The translations under genes and the position numbers were made by a program. A model generated the notes under the pieces. It saw only the letters and a program-made list of their open reading frames with translations, had not been told where the DNA came from and ran no database searches. A DNA stretch of 32,000 bases. Source: Mycobacterium leprae TN (lineage in GTDB: Bacteria > Actinomycetota > Actinomycetes > Mycobacteriales > Mycobacteriaceae). This document shows, piece after piece, positions 13,242-24,233 of this stretch. The stretch is from NCBI RefSeq assembly GCF_000195855.1, contig NC_002677.1, positions 690,001 through 722,000 on the forward strand. Reading direction: 5' to 3'. How positions within the stretch are numbered: position 1 is the first letter of the stretch; each line of letters starts with the position of its first letter.

Positions 13242-13985
13242 CTAGCCAGGAATCTTGGCTGCGGCTTCTTCGTCCAGCAGCCAGAGTGTGGTTTCAAGCC
13301 CGACAGCTCCGGCGGCCGGTATTGAGGCAGAGGGAGCGCCACCCATGGCGGCTGCCACTGCGTCGGCCTTTGCCGTCCCGGAAACCATCAGCCATACCTC
13401 ACGAGAACGTTGAATGGCATTAAGTGTCAAGGTGATTCGTTCTGGAGGTGGTTTTGGAGAGTTCCTGACTCCGACCACCATACGACTGGTCTCGCGCACA
13501 GCTACGGTATTTGGGAACAGCGAATTGATGTGTCCTTCGGGTCCCATGCCCATCAGGTGCACATCAAAATTCGGGGTGGGATAACCGGGTGCGGCGTAGG
13601 CAGCCAGCAGCTGTTCGTAAGCTAGTGCCGCTGCTTCTAGATCGTTGCCGAATTCACCGTCGCCCGCAGGCATCGGGTGCACCTGGCTGGGCGGGATGTC
13701 TATGTGATCGAGCAACGCTACACGTGCCTGTTTCTCGTTGCGCTCGTCGTCGTCTTTGGGTACGTAGCGCTCGTCGCCCCAGAATAGATGCACCCTAGAC
13801 CAATCGATCTGCTGTCCACGTGTAGCTAAATCCCGCAGTAGTCCAATGCCGCTGCTACCACCGGTCAGCACAATCAGTGCCCTTTCTCTGGCAGCCACGG
13901 CGGATTGGATGGTGCTGGCAAGTCGTTTTCCGGCGGCTCCGACCATGGTCTTGCTGTCTGAAAAGATCTCTACACTGGCGCTCAC
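13242..13985 (-). CDS. pgl: 6-phosphogluconolactonase
   Basis: 247 aa; [49 protein letters not shown] start overlapping the ancestral opcA stop (GTGA). Confidence 0.93.
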   Translation of the reverse strand: MSASVEIFSDSKTMVGAAGKRLASTIQSAVAARERALIVLTGGSSGIGLLRDLATRGQQIDWSRVHLFWGDERYVPKDDDERNEKQARVALLDHIDIPPSQVHPMPAGDGEFGNDLEAAALAYEQLLAAYAAPGYPTPNFDVHLMGMGPEGHINSLFPNTVAVRETSRMVVGVRNSPKPPPERITLTLNAIQRSREVWLMVSGTAKADAVAAAMGGAPSASIPAAGAVGLETTLWLLDEEAAAKIPG

Positions 13986-14880
13986 AGGTACTGAACCTTT
14001 TCAATGCCTTCGAAGGCATTGAAGTAGAACTTGTCGGGATCCAGTCGTCGCAGATTTTCGGCTAGGAACTCCTCGGCTTCCCTGCGCGCCCCAGGGAACT
14101 AGTGCATCTGGTTTCACGGTTCGGATCAGGGTAGAGGTCACCCAAGTCTGAGGTCGGCTTAAGACGATGGTTTCGCTATTGCGTATCAGTTCGACCTTCA
14201 GATCGGCGACCGCTCGGCGCAACGGTCTGTTGATCCGGTTGGCTAACCAGCCGGCCAGAACGTCGAGCGCGGGTTCGGTCTTCATGCCGGAAACCAGTGC
14301 CAAATCGATCGGCTCGTGAGGTGGCAGGTTGACCGCGGAGGTCAGCAGAGCACGCCAATAGGTTATTAGGTCCCATGCCAGGTGGGTGTCGTCGGCGGTG
14401 TAATCGGATAGCCGGCTCTTGATGGTTGCCAGCGGGTCGATACTGTTGGTGGCGTTGGTGATACGCTGAATTGCCAACTTGCCCAGGGAGTCTTGGCCGG
14501 ACATCGTTGGGGCGATGTTCGGCCACCAGGCCACCATCGGGATGTCAGGGAGCAGTATCGAGATAACGACGCTGTGGGCGTAAACAGCAAGAGTTCTAGA
14601 CACCACCACCCCGGCGCCTGTATCGGCACCCACCCACAGTTGTGCATCCAAGCGCGCTTTATTCGCGTACGAATTGACCCTCATCGCGATGATGATTCGG
14701 TTGGGATACTTGTGGCTGGCTCCGTTGGCGGCCTCGATAGATTCTTTGAGCATGGCTTTGCTGTACGGCGTGATGACCAGCGTAAGCACTCGACTCATCG
14801 TGATGGCGCCGATCCTTTCGCAGAGCTCGTCTAGTTTCTATATTGACCACTGTGGTGGTGTCGGGAAAATCAACGATCAT
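13982..14880 (-). pseudogene. opcA: opcA-like (glucose-6-phosphate dehydrogenase assembly protein) with frameshifts at both ends
   Basis: Main ORF 14001..14798 carries LPDIPMVAWWPNIAPT, AIQRITNATNSIDPLATIKSRLSDY and MKTEPALDVLAGWLANRI. The N-terminus MIVDFPDTTTVVN lies in a different frame from KLDELCERIGAITMSRVLTL. The C-terminus ([32 protein letters not shown]) is out of frame with PDALVPWGAQGSRG. Confidence 0.78.
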
Positions 14881-14884
14881 TTTG

Positions 14885-16330
14885 TGTTGTTCCTCACCAT
14901 TGCTTCGTTCTGCATCGTCGCTGCCATTCCCGGCTAGGGCGCTATAGTATCTCGAAGGATAATTCTGGACCCTAGGTTCCTATATCGGGCAGATCGGGCT
15001 TGCCGTGTGTCCACCCAATCGGCAAGGGCTGGGTCGAGTGTTTCCCAAGCTAAATTCGACCTCCGCATTGACCGGAAACAGGTACGGCCAGCTAAGCAAC
15101 ACATCAAGGATCAGTTGCTCGTCGGTCTCCGGTGTATCCTAGGCGATTGGCGAGTAGTTCGTCGTCCATTCGGCGTCGTTGACTTCCATCGAGCTGTCCG
15201 GGACTTTGGAGTTTAACCGCAAGGTAATCCCTTCGCCGGGCTGTACGTGGATGACCAAAGCGTTGGCGCAGAGCTCGTCGGTATGGTGGCGTTGCAAAGG
15301 ATGATGCGGCCCGCGTTTGAAGACCAGAGCGATTTCGGTCACCCTGTGACCTAGTCGTTTCCCGGCTCGTAGGTACAATAGCACCTTGGCTCAACACCGA
15401 GTATCAACTTCGAGCTTGATAGCGGCGAAGCTCTGGGTGTTGGAGTCCGTGGCGAACTCGTCCTCGTCGACCAGCCTGACCACTTTTCGCCGCCTTGCCA
15501 GCCGGCGGCGTATTGGCCGTGGCCGCAGTTGATGGTACCGTTGAACGGGACGGTGAGGTGACCCGCCGACAGCAATTTAATCATTTCAGCTTGCAACCAA
15601 GCTGGATTGAAGCTGACTGGCTTTTCCATCGCGATCAACGTCAGCAGGTGCATCAGATGATTCTGGATGACATCGTGGTCCTCACTAATGCCGTCGTAGT
15701 AACCGGCTCGGTAACTAAGTTCTTATGTCTTCAGCCACGGTGATCTGCACGTGTGCGTTCCAGATAGGAATCCACAGTTGATTGGCGAATCGGAGCGCCA
15801 AGATGTTCTGTACCGTTTCTTTGCCCAGGTAGTGGTCGATACCGAAAACAGCTTCTTCCGGGAAGACTGTGTTGCCAGACTTGTTTAGGTCGCGCGCACT
15901 GTCCAGGTCGTGGCCGAAGGGTTGCTCGGTGACAACCCGGCTCCAGCTGTAGGTTTGTGGACGAGCCAATTCAGACTTATGAAGCTGGTCACAGACCACC
16001 GGGAAAGATTTGGGTGGGATCGCCAGTTAGAATTCCTGATTGCCGCTGGTGGTGGGCTTGGTGTCCAGCTTGTCCATGGCATCGGCCAGTCGGGCGAACG
16101 CATCATCATTGTCATAAAGAGCCCGATACGAACCGGAGTCCTTCCTCCAGCTGGCTTCAGTTCGCCTGCAGAAATGCGTCCGGCAGTGCTCTTTGACGGC
16201 GTTGTGGACGACGTCACTGCAATCCTGGGTGCTAAAATCGCGTCATGCGAAGATCTACCATGGAAAACATGGGTGGTGACAGGTTCCGGCTGGCCATATC
16301 GTAAGTTGCTGACATCACTTTAACTTGTGG
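14885..16330 (-). pseudogene. zwf: Glucose-6-phosphate 1-dehydrogenase pseudogene
   Basis: Frame-switching fragments: AVKEHCRT; DDAFARLADAMDKLDTKPTTSGNQEF*LAIPPKSFPVVCDQLHKSELARPQ; FGIDHYLGKETVQNILALRFANQL; YYDGISEDHDVIQNHLMHLLTLIAMEKPVSFNPAWLQAEMIKLLSA; GQYAAGWQGGEK; LLYLRAGKRLGHRVTEIALVFKRGPHH; several in-frame stops. Confidence 0.93.
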
Positions 16331-16460
16331 GACAGGTCGCCGGTGACCCCTAAAATCACCATCGTGCACCGGGTGGCTATTCTGGGTAGCTACCTATTAG
16401 CCTTGTACCGTAGCGGGTTCTGCCATTGAGTTGCAGTGGAGGTACGTGTGGCTACTGGGT

Positions 16461-17588
16461 TCATTTGGCGACGGAGTCCAGCTGTTCCTGAGTTTCCTTG
16501 AGTAGCTCGTTCCAGGATTTCACAAACTTCTGCACGCCCTCATGTTCTAGTACCGCGAACACATCAATCAGATCGACTCCGACCGCCACCAGTGAGTCGA
16601 ACACTTTTTGGGAGGACAAAGTAGTACCGCTGATCGTGTCACCACGGATCACACCGTGATCGGCTACGGCATCAATCGTCGTCTCCGGCATAGTGTTCAC
16701 CGTGTTTGGAGCTACCAGCTCGGTGACGTACAGGGTGTCGGCGTAATCGGGGTTCTTGACACCGGTTGACGCCCACAGCGGGCGCTGTACTTGGGCTCCG
16801 CGGGCCATGAGTGTCTGGTAGCGCTGGCCACCTTCGAAGGCCTTCTGGTAGGCCGCGTAGGCCAATCGGGCGTTGGCGACACCGGCCTGGCCGCGTAGCG
16901 CGAGTGCTTGCTCGGAACCAAGTTTTTCTAGTCGCTTGTCGATTTCGGTGTCCACGCGGGAGACAAAAAACGATGCTACTGAGACTATCTTGGATAGGTC
17001 GCGTCCAGCTTCGGCGGCCTTTTCTATCCCGGCCAGGTAGGCGTCAATTACCTCGCGATGCCGCTGTACAGAGAAAATCAGCGTGACGTTGACCGAAATG
17101 CCTTCCGCTAAAACGGCGGTGATCGCCGGTAGGCCAGCCTTAGTCGCCGGGATCTTGATGAACAAGTTCGGGTGGTCAACTATTCTCCATAGTTCGACGG
17201 CTTGCGCGATAGTCTTGTCGGTGTCATGTGCTAAACGGGGATCGACTTCAATCGAGACTCGGCCATCTTTTCCGTGGGAAGCTTCCCATTCACACGCCAA
17301 CACGTCGCATGCGTGGCGAACATCGTCAGTGGTGACGGTGCGGACGGTGACATCTACGTTGGCGCCGCGCTTGGCCAGCTCGGCAATTTGGGCATCGTAG
17401 GCGTGGCCGTTTGCGAATGCTTTCTGGAAGATGGACGGGTTGGTGGTCACGCCAACGACACTCTTGGTGTCAATCAGCTTCTGTAGGTTGCCTGACTGCA
17501 ACCGGTCTCGCGACAAGTCGTCCAACCAAACGGACACTCCGGCAGCGCTCAATGCGGCGAGGTTGGGGTTCTGAATTTTTGAGGTCAT
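16461..17588 (-). CDS. tal: Transaldolase
   Basis: [84 protein letters not shown] at 17588; the supplied ORF start at 17873 would overlap tkt and is not needed. Confidence 0.96.
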   Translation of the reverse strand: MTSKIQNPNLAALSAAGVSVWLDDLSRDRLQSGNLQKLIDTKSVVGVTTNPSIFQKAFANGHAYDAQIAELAKRGANVDVTVRTVTTDDVRHACDVLACEWEASHGKDGRVSIEVDPRLAHDTDKTIAQAVELWRIVDHPNLFIKIPATKAGLPAITAVLAEGISVNVTLIFSVQRHREVIDAYLAGIEKAAEAGRDLSKIVSVASFFVSRVDTEIDKRLEKLGSEQALALRGQAGVANARLAYAAYQKAFEGGQRYQTLMARGAQVQRPLWASTGVKNPDYADTLYVTELVAPNTVNTMPETTIDAVADHGVIRGDTISGTTLSSQKVFDSLVAVGVDLIDVFAVLEHEGVQKFVKSWNELLKETQEQLDSVAK

Positions 17589-17604
17589 ACAGATCGCCTT
17601 TTTT

Positions 17605-19704
17605 TCAGTTATCCAATACCTGTTCCGCTGCGGCAACCACGGCCTCCGGCGTGAAGCCGTACTCACGGAACAAAGTCTGGTAATCTGCGGATTCGCCGTA
17701 GTGCTCGATGGACACAATCTTGCCGGTGTCTCCGACCAGCTTATGCCAGCATTGCGCGACGCCGGCCTCGACGGCCACCCGTGCCGACACTGACGGGGGC
17801 AACACACTGTCGCGATACTCGTACGGCTGTGACTCGAACCATTCCACACACGGCATCGACACCACCCGCACAATGATGTCTTTATCCGCCAACAACTTCT
17901 GAGCTGCGACAGCGAGTTGGACCTCGGATCCGGTGGCGATCAAAATGACGTCAGGCTCCTTAGCTTCAGAGCTGCCACCATCGCCTAGCACATAGCCGCC
18001 TCGGGCGACGCCTTCGGTGTTGGTGCCTTCCAACACTGGCACACTCTGCCGGGTCAGGATTAGCCCGACCGGACCGCTGTTGGCGCCGCGAGCCAGGATT
18101 GTGCGCCAGGCATATGCCGTTTCGTTGGCATCGGCGGGACGCACCACCGACAATCGAGGGATAGCACGCAACGCTGCGAGGTGTTCGATGGGCTGATGGG
18201 TTGGGCCGTCCTCGCCGAGTCCGACCGAATCGTGCGTCCACACGTAGATCGTGTCAATATCCATCAACGACGCCAGTCGCACCGACGGGCGCATGTAGTC
18301 GGAGAATTGTAGAAATGTACCACCATATGCGCGGGTGGGGCCGTGCAGCACGATGCCGGACAGAATGGCGCCCATCGCGTGTTCGCGAACACCGAAATGC
18401 AAGGTGCGACCATACCAATGTGCGGTGTACTCGTCGGTCGAAATCGACGGCGGCCCAAAGGAATCAACGTCTTTTATGGTGGTGTTGTTGCTGCCCGCTA
18501 GATCGGCCGACCCGCCCCACAACTCCGGGAGTTTCGGTCCTATCGCGGATAGTACCGCACCAGATGCGGCGCGGGTGGCCAATTCCTTGGACCTCGGCTC
18601 CCAGTTCGGCAGGTCAGCATCCCAGCCGTCGGGAAGCTGCTGGGCGAGCAACCGATCCAACAGTGCCTTGCGTTCGGGCTCGCGCTGTGCCCACGCTTCG
18701 AATTCTAGTTGCCAGCGTTCGTGGGCTTCTTTGCCGCGGGCTATCAAGCCGCGGGTGTGGGTGATTACGTCCTCGCGGACTGCAAAGGTCTTGTCGGGAT
18801 CGAACCCAAGGATTCGCTTAGTGGCCGCTACCTCGTCTTCGCCAAGGGCCGCACCGTGCGCTTTGCCGGTGTTTATCAAGGTTGGCGCGGGATAACCGAT
18901 GATGGTGCGCAGTGAGATGAACGACGGCCGGTCGGTGGCGGCTTTCGCGTTGGCGATGGCTTCCTCAATGCCGACGACGTTCTCGCCACCTTCCACCTCT
19001 TGTACGTGCCAGCCGTAGGCGCGGTAGCGTGCGGCGGTGTCCTCGCACAGCGTGATTTTGGTGTCGCCTTCGATCGAGATCTGGTTGTGGTCGTAGAACA
19101 CGATGAGGTTGCCGAGTTGCTGGACTGCGGCCAGGGACGACGCTTCCGATGTCACCCCTTCTTCGATGTCCCCGTCGGAGGCGATCACATAAATGTAATG
19201 GTCGAAAGGGCTGGCTCCCGGTTCAGCGTCGGGGTCGAACAGGCCACGTTCGTAACGTGATGCCATCGCCATCCCGACTGCTGATGCTAGACCCTGGCCG
19301 AGTGGGCCGGTGGTGATCTCAACACCCTTAGTGTGCCGGAACTCTGGATGCCCAGGAGTTGTGGATCCCCAGGTGCGCAGCGATTCGATGTCAGATAGTT
19401 CGAGACCGAAGCCGCCGAGATAGAGTTGTATATATAAGGTCAGGCTGCTATGCCCGGCCGACAGCACGAATCGGTCACGACCCAGCCATGCGGTGTCATT
19501 GGGGTCGTGGCGTAGAGTGCGCTGGAACAAAGTGTAGGCCAGCGGGGCCAAGCTCATCGCCGTCCCCGGGTGCCCGTTGCCAGCTTTTTGGACCGCGTCG
19601 GTAGCCAACACCCTGATGGTGTCGACTGCAGCCGAATCGATCTCGGTCCAGTCATCGGGATGGCGCGGTTGGGTCAGCGTGGAGATCTGGTCGAGTGTGG
19701 TCAC
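17605..19704 (-). CDS. tkt: Transketolase
   Basis: 699 aa; [83 protein letters not shown]. Confidence 0.97.
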   Translation of the reverse strand: MTTLDQISTLTQPRHPDDWTEIDSAAVDTIRVLATDAVQKAGNGHPGTAMSLAPLAYTLFQRTLRHDPNDTAWLGRDRFVLSAGHSSLTLYIQLYLGGFGLELSDIESLRTWGSTTPGHPEFRHTKGVEITTGPLGQGLASAVGMAMASRYERGLFDPDAEPGASPFDHYIYVIASDGDIEEGVTSEASSLAAVQQLGNLIVFYDHNQISIEGDTKITLCEDTAARYRAYGWHVQEVEGGENVVGIEEAIANAKAATDRPSFISLRTIIGYPAPTLINTGKAHGAALGEDEVAATKRILGFDPDKTFAVREDVITHTRGLIARGKEAHERWQLEFEAWAQREPERKALLDRLLAQQLPDGWDADLPNWEPRSKELATRAASGAVLSAIGPKLPELWGGSADLAGSNNTTIKDVDSFGPPSISTDEYTAHWYGRTLHFGVREHAMGAILSGIVLHGPTRAYGGTFLQFSDYMRPSVRLASLMDIDTIYVWTHDSVGLGEDGPTHQPIEHLAALRAIPRLSVVRPADANETAYAWRTILARGANSGPVGLILTRQSVPVLEGTNTEGVARGGYVLGDGGSSEAKEPDVILIATGSEVQLAVAAQKLLADKDIIVRVVSMPCVEWFESQPYEYRDSVLPPSVSARVAVEAGVAQCWHKLVGDTGKIVSIEHYGESADYQTLFREYGFTPEAVVAAAEQVLDN

Positions 19705-19966
19705 GAATCAGTCCTTGGGTCAGCTGTTCAGGTCATCAAACTGATTAATCTCACCCTAGTGTGGAAGTGCGGGCCTGTTGCAGGGCCCGGTTTCCAGGTA
19801 CCTACGGTTCGCTGTGGCGCAACTAGCCTGCGTCTGTTCGCGCCCTCTTTGCAATCTGGGAAAAATCTGCGTTGAAAGACCTGTCGGGCTGTTGGCTACG
19901 GGCATGCGGTCTACCATCGTGCGTAGTAGAAGCTGCGCGCTGCTGCGATCTCGAGGAGTTAAGTAC

Positions 19967-20869
19967 GTGAGCGTTCGCGCGCGCTTAGCGCGGAGCCGAG
20001 TGTTGGCATATCTGGCGTTGACCAAGCCGCGCGTCATCGAGCTGCTTTTGGTCACCGCCATACCAGCGATGCTGCTCGCCGACCGCGGTAGCGCTAATCC
20101 GCTGTTGATCCTCAATACGTTACTCGGCGGGATATCGGCTGCCGCAGGTGCCAACACGTTCAACTGTGTTGCCGACGCCGATATCGACAAACTGATGAAG
20201 CGGACTTCCCGGCGGCCGCTGGCGCGGGCCGCGGTGCCCCCCCGAAATGCCTTGGTGCTCGGGCTGGCGTTGACTGCGGGTTCATTCTTCTGGCTGTGGT
20301 GGACTACCAATCTGCTGTCGGGGCTGCTGGCGCTCGCCACCGTCGCGTTCTACGTATTCGTTTACACGCTGTTGCTCAAGCGCCGGACGTCGCAAAACGT
20401 CGTGTGGGGCGGTGCGGCTGGGTGTATGCCGGTGATGATTGGTTGGTCGGCGATCACCGACACTATCGGCTGGCCAGCATTGGCAATGTTTGCCATCATC
20501 TTCTTCTGGACTCCGCCGCACACCTGGGCATTGGCGATGCGCTACAAGGACGACTACAAAGTGGCCAGCGTCCCGATGCTTCCGGCCGTGGCGACCGAGC
20601 GTCACGTCACCAAACAGATATTGATCTATACCTGGCTCACCGCATTGTCTACGCTGGTGTTGGCACTGGCGACGGGGTGGCTGTACATGGCGGTGGCCGT
20701 CGTCGCCGGGGCATGGTTTTTAACGATGGCCCATCAGTTATACGTCGGGGTCTGTGCCGGTGAGCCGGTCAAGCCGCTACGGCTGTTCCTGCAATCAAAC
20801 AACTATCTGGCGGTGGTGTTTTGCGCGTTAGCGGTCGACTCGGTGCTCGCCTTGCCGACACTATTTTGA
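19967..20869 (+). CDS. ctaB: Protoheme IX farnesyltransferase (heme O synthase)
   Basis: [74 protein letters not shown] at 19967 preceded by GAGGAG; the supplied ORF starts upstream at 19778. Confidence 0.95.
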   Translation: MSVRARLARSRVLAYLALTKPRVIELLLVTAIPAMLLADRGSANPLLILNTLLGGISAAAGANTFNCVADADIDKLMKRTSRRPLARAAVPPRNALVLGLALTAGSFFWLWWTTNLLSGLLALATVAFYVFVYTLLLKRRTSQNVVWGGAAGCMPVMIGWSAITDTIGWPALAMFAIIFFWTPPHTWALAMRYKDDYKVASVPMLPAVATERHVTKQILIYTWLTALSTLVLALATGWLYMAVAVVAGAWFLTMAHQLYVGVCAGEPVKPLRLFLQSNNYLAVVFCALAVDSVLALPTLF

Positions 20870-20897
20870 TTTTGATCACCTCTTTGGTGGCTCGAGC

Positions 20898-21510
20898 TTA
20901 AAGCAGCAACTTGACCGAGCCGACGGTCTTGCGGCCTTGCAGATCTTCGTGGGTGCGGGTGGTTTCGGACAGCGGGTAGTGTGTACACCGACCTCGATGG
21001 TGACGGCTCCGCTGCCGATTGCTTCGAACAGTTAGACTGGGTCCGTCAGCTGAACTCCTCGCCGGTTCGGATTAAATTGGCCAGCGTCGGCCGGGTGAGG
21101 TAGAGTGAGCCGGCGGCGTTGAGGTGCTGCGGATCGACAGGCACAGCGGTTCCGCTTGTGTCACGAAAAAGTGCCAGTGTCCCGCGGACAGCCATGTTGG
21201 CGTCAAAGTTGGTTACCTCTAAGCTGGCATAAAACGCTGCCACATTGGGGCACCTTCGGTTGAGTGCCCGAATTTGCTGGCCGAATTGGGCAGCTTCGGG
21301 ACAGTACAGCACCTTGTCGGCGTCAGCCCCGTTGGACAATTGTGCTTTTCCGCATTCGAGACGGTGATCAGCTCCCCCCATCCATATCACCAGCTCCGCA
21401 CCGGGTGCACCGACTTCAGTAAAGAGTGGGCGGCCAGGGCATCTAGTAGTACTACGTTGCCGCCTCAAAATACTCCTCATGGGCACTTTGTCGGTCAAAA
21501 ATGCTGTTAA
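20898..21510 (-). pseudogene. qor: Quinone oxidoreductase / zinc-type alcohol dehydrogenase family (qor-like) pseudogene, truncated
   Basis: FDANMAVRGTLALFRDTSGTAVPVDPQHLNAAGSLYLTRPTLANLIRTGEEFS* followed in another frame by GRKTVGSVKLLL*. The N-terminal half is not recoverable. Confidence 0.8.
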
Positions 21511-21831
21511 AGAGAAAGATTCAACCTAGCTTCCGTTAGCCGTGGCGCTAACCACCCGGTCTCCTACGTCGACACCGTTGGTGTCGACGTCCTCGCCAGC
21601 AACAACGGCAGTACCGCATACTTTCGAGCCGAGGATGAACGGCACTGGGCGGATACGTTTTCGTTGAAGGAAATTAGGTGTTGATGAAGTTGTTTATGTC
21701 AATACCTTCGGCCGTGATCAGTAGCTTACCTTGCGTGGGCTGGGCGGCGGCTTGTCGACATAGCGCAGGACTTCAGGGTCGCCAGTTTCGACGATTTCGG
21801 TTGCATGCATGTGGCTTATCCATGCCCGGGC

Positions 21832-22655
21832 ATGAAGATCGCACGACCAGACCTCTTCCATCCCCACATCGTGTTGGCGGGTTCTCGCCAGCAGGTTGCT
21901 GGTGCCGGCGATGATGCCGGGCTCGTTCTGGCTGCTGCGACGCTACGGCCTACACGCCCAGTGGTTGCTCTGGGACGATCCCGAGCTCGGCAGCGAGCGC
22001 GGACCTGGTAGTCTTGCGGGCTATCTACGACTACGCTGAACAGCTCGACGAGTACCTGGCCTGGACCATTGGTGTGCCCAATCTGCTGAATCCATCCATC
22101 GCCGCCACCTGGAATGTCGACCGGCGTTACTTGGCGGATCCGGGGAATCGAGGGGGGTCGACGGTGTCGGCTAAGGTGTTAGCTCCAGGCGATCAGGTCC
22201 GGTGGCCGGGTCCTGGCGCTGTCTTCGTCAGCCCGACCGTCGGCACCGGCACATGGTGTTGCAACGATCGGTCCGCGGTGGCTACCTACGTGGCTGAACT
22301 GAGCCAGGGTGGACCGACCCCGTTCTCGTGCAGACGGCGGGTTGGGCGAAGAAACGGTACCGATCTTCATCAGTGGTGAGGCTGTAGCGCACGTCTACCA
22401 AGCAGGACATGCTGGTTCAGGCCGAGCCCGATTTCGAAATCTGGGATATCGGCGTTGCTAAAGGCTGCGGCAACCGAGGCGGGCATCGACGTCGGCGAGT
22501 GGCTGTATGTGCGCGCCCACTTGGTCGATGGTCGCCGGAAGTCTCGGTTACTGGAATTGCAGCTGGTGGAACCGTCGCTAGACTGGCGATGATTGGACGC
22601 CGGTATCCGCTACCATGCCCAATGCGAATTTGCGCTGGGTGTGGAGTTAGCGTGA
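21832..22655 (+). pseudogene. ATP-grasp-like protein pseudogene
   Basis: Frame-switched segments: MKIARPDLF; LRRYGLHAQWLLWDDPELGSER; DLVVLRAIYDYAEQLDEYLAWTIGVPNLLNPSIAATWNVDRRYLAD; QAEPDFEIWDIGV; GIDVGEWLYVRAHLVDGRRKSRLLELQLVEPSLDWR; QCEFALGVELA*. Pattern matches actinobacterial RimK/ATP-grasp domain proteins. Confidence 0.7.
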
Positions 22656-22667
22656 GAGCGACTCGGG

Positions 22668-23621
22668 TTAGGACCGGGTTCGCATTGAGGCCCATAGCGC
22701 TGCGGTGGCTGCGGTACACGCCGCAGCACCAGCTACATGGACTGCGACCAGGGCGGCAGGCACCCCGGTGAAGTATTGTGTGGTGCCAACAGCGGCTTGC
22801 GCGCAAACCAGAGCGAACAACACGGCGAGCCGCACCAGGATGGCCCGGGTGGCACCGACCGCCAATAGCCCGAAGCCCAGCCCAACCAGCAGTGCTAAGT
22901 AGGCGACCAGCAACGACGAATGCAGGTGCGCCAGGGTGGTGATTTCGACTCTTAGCCGGGGAACCGTGCGGCTGGGACTGCGGTCTCCCGCGTGCGGGCC
23001 AGCAGCCGTCACCAGCGTGCCGGTTACCAGCACCACCGCCAGATTTACTGCGGTTAGGGCTGTCAGTGCGCACAGCGGCCGGATTACCCGCTCATAAGCA
23101 ATTCCACCATCGGGTTCACCGACCTTAACGTAGAGCAACACCGCCAGCCACACCATAATCATCGATGTCAGTAGATGGATGGCGACTGTCCACCACAGCA
23201 GCCCGGTAAGCACGGTGATGCCGCCGATGACCGCCTGCAGCACCGTCGAGATCGGCATTAGCCAAGCGTAGACCCGAACTTCGGTGCGTCGTCGCGCCCG
23301 GGTAACGGTTAAAACGGCCAGCAACGCGGCGATGACCACTGCGATGCTGACTACCCGGTTACCAAATTCGACTGCCTGGTGGATTCGTGGTACCTCGGTG
23401 ACGGCGACCGGGGTGAAGCTGCCCGGAAAACACTGTGGCCAGGTGGGACAGCCTAGCCCGGACGCCGTGACGCGAACGATCGCGCCGGTGACGGTAATAC
23501 CGCCCTGGGTTAGGAGGACGGTCGCGGCAATGATCCGCTGGACACGCAGACCAGGGTCGGGTATTAGGTCGACTAGTCGCAACAGAATTCGTCCGACAAG
23601 CACCGCACGATCGTAAGACAA
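22668..23621 (-). CDS. ctaA: Heme A synthase / cytochrome oxidase assembly protein (COX15/CtaA family)
   Basis: 317 aa; GAIVRVTASGLGCPTWPQCFPGSFTPV, EVPRIHQAVEFGNRV, AWLMPISTVLQAVIGGITVLTGLLWWTVAIHLLTSM, VAVHVAGAA. Confidence 0.94.
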   Translation of the reverse strand: MSYDRAVLVGRILLRLVDLIPDPGLRVQRIIAATVLLTQGGITVTGAIVRVTASGLGCPTWPQCFPGSFTPVAVTEVPRIHQAVEFGNRVVSIAVVIAALLAVLTVTRARRRTEVRVYAWLMPISTVLQAVIGGITVLTGLLWWTVAIHLLTSMIMVWLAVLLYVKVGEPDGGIAYERVIRPLCALTALTAVNLAVVLVTGTLVTAAGPHAGDRSPSRTVPRLRVEITTLAHLHSSLLVAYLALLVGLGFGLLAVGATRAILVRLAVLFALVCAQAAVGTTQYFTGVPAALVAVHVAGAAACTAATAALWASMRTRS

Positions 23622-23639
23622 TGAAAACTACACCCGGTA

Positions 23640-24130
23640 GTAGGGGATTGGTACAGTCGGGTGCTGTAACTGCAGCCTGGCAGGACCATTCCCGGGGCTG
23701 GTTCAATACGGTTTCGGTGCAACAGGTGGATCCGGCGCGAGTGGGCGTTCGATGGCCACTTCCAGCAAGCGCAGCGCGGTATCGCGACGCCGTGGGTACC
23801 AAGTAGCCCGGTTAGGTGGTTGCTCGCTCGGTAGTGGGCTGGCTGTTAGGCTAGTAAGTGGTGATTGGCAGCCTTGACATTCTATTTTTGGCCGCTAGGC
23901 CTGTCCAGCTCACGCGGACGGCGGGTCAACAAAATGATGTGTTTGTGGTGGTGGCTGCTCTGATCGAGGAGTGCGAGCACTGGGGTTTGTGGGGACCGGC
24001 TGCCAAGGAGACGGTCGTGCAGCCTGCCAGATTGTGCACGTTGAGCGGTGATGGATTCGGCGCTGGTCCGCGGGTGGCGATGCTGCCGGGCACCTGGTAG
24101 TAGGTTTGCTTGGCGTAGTGAGTTAACGGG
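23640..24130. pseudogene. Decayed or non-coding region without recognisable gene
   Basis: Only short ORFs (61 aa and 80 aa) without recognisable motifs between two well-supported minus-strand genes. Confidence 0.3.
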
Positions 24131-24138
24131 CTACCCCA

Positions 24139-24150
24139 CCACTTAAGTGG
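24139..24150. other. Perfect 12-bp palindrome CCACTTAAGTGG
   Basis: Exact self-complementary sequence just downstream of the ABC permease stop (minus-strand operon). Possible operator or short hairpin; no poly-T tract follows on either strand. Confidence 0.3.
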
Positions 24151-24233
24151 CCAATGACGTGGTCAGACCCAGTCACTGGGTGGCGGGTGATGTTCGGTTC
24201 CGTAGCTGCCGTGTCGTGGTCGTCGTATCGGGA

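Noticed and set aside
15910-16323. 137-aa plus-strand ORF in the zwf region
   Set aside because: Antisense to recognisable zwf pseudogene fragments (AVKEHCRT, LAIPPKSFPVVCDQLHKSELARPQ); treated as spurious.
17589-17873. N-terminal extension of the tal ORF
   Set aside because: The extension overlaps the tkt 3' end out of frame and lacks homology; the [21 protein letters not shown] start at 17588 fits transaldolase.
18201-18895. Two 186-187-aa plus-strand ORFs opposite tkt
   Set aside because: Antisense to conserved transketolase; S/R/P-rich composition, no domain.
21447-21456. GTAGTACTAC palindrome near the qor pseudogene
   Set aside because: Only 10 bp within decayed sequence; short palindromes of this length arise by chance and nothing else supports function.
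22417-23073. 218-aa plus-strand-antisense frame overlapping ctaA and the ATP-grasp-like relic, listed on the minus strand
   Set aside because: Out of frame with well-supported CtaA motifs; arginine/histidine-rich shadow ORF.
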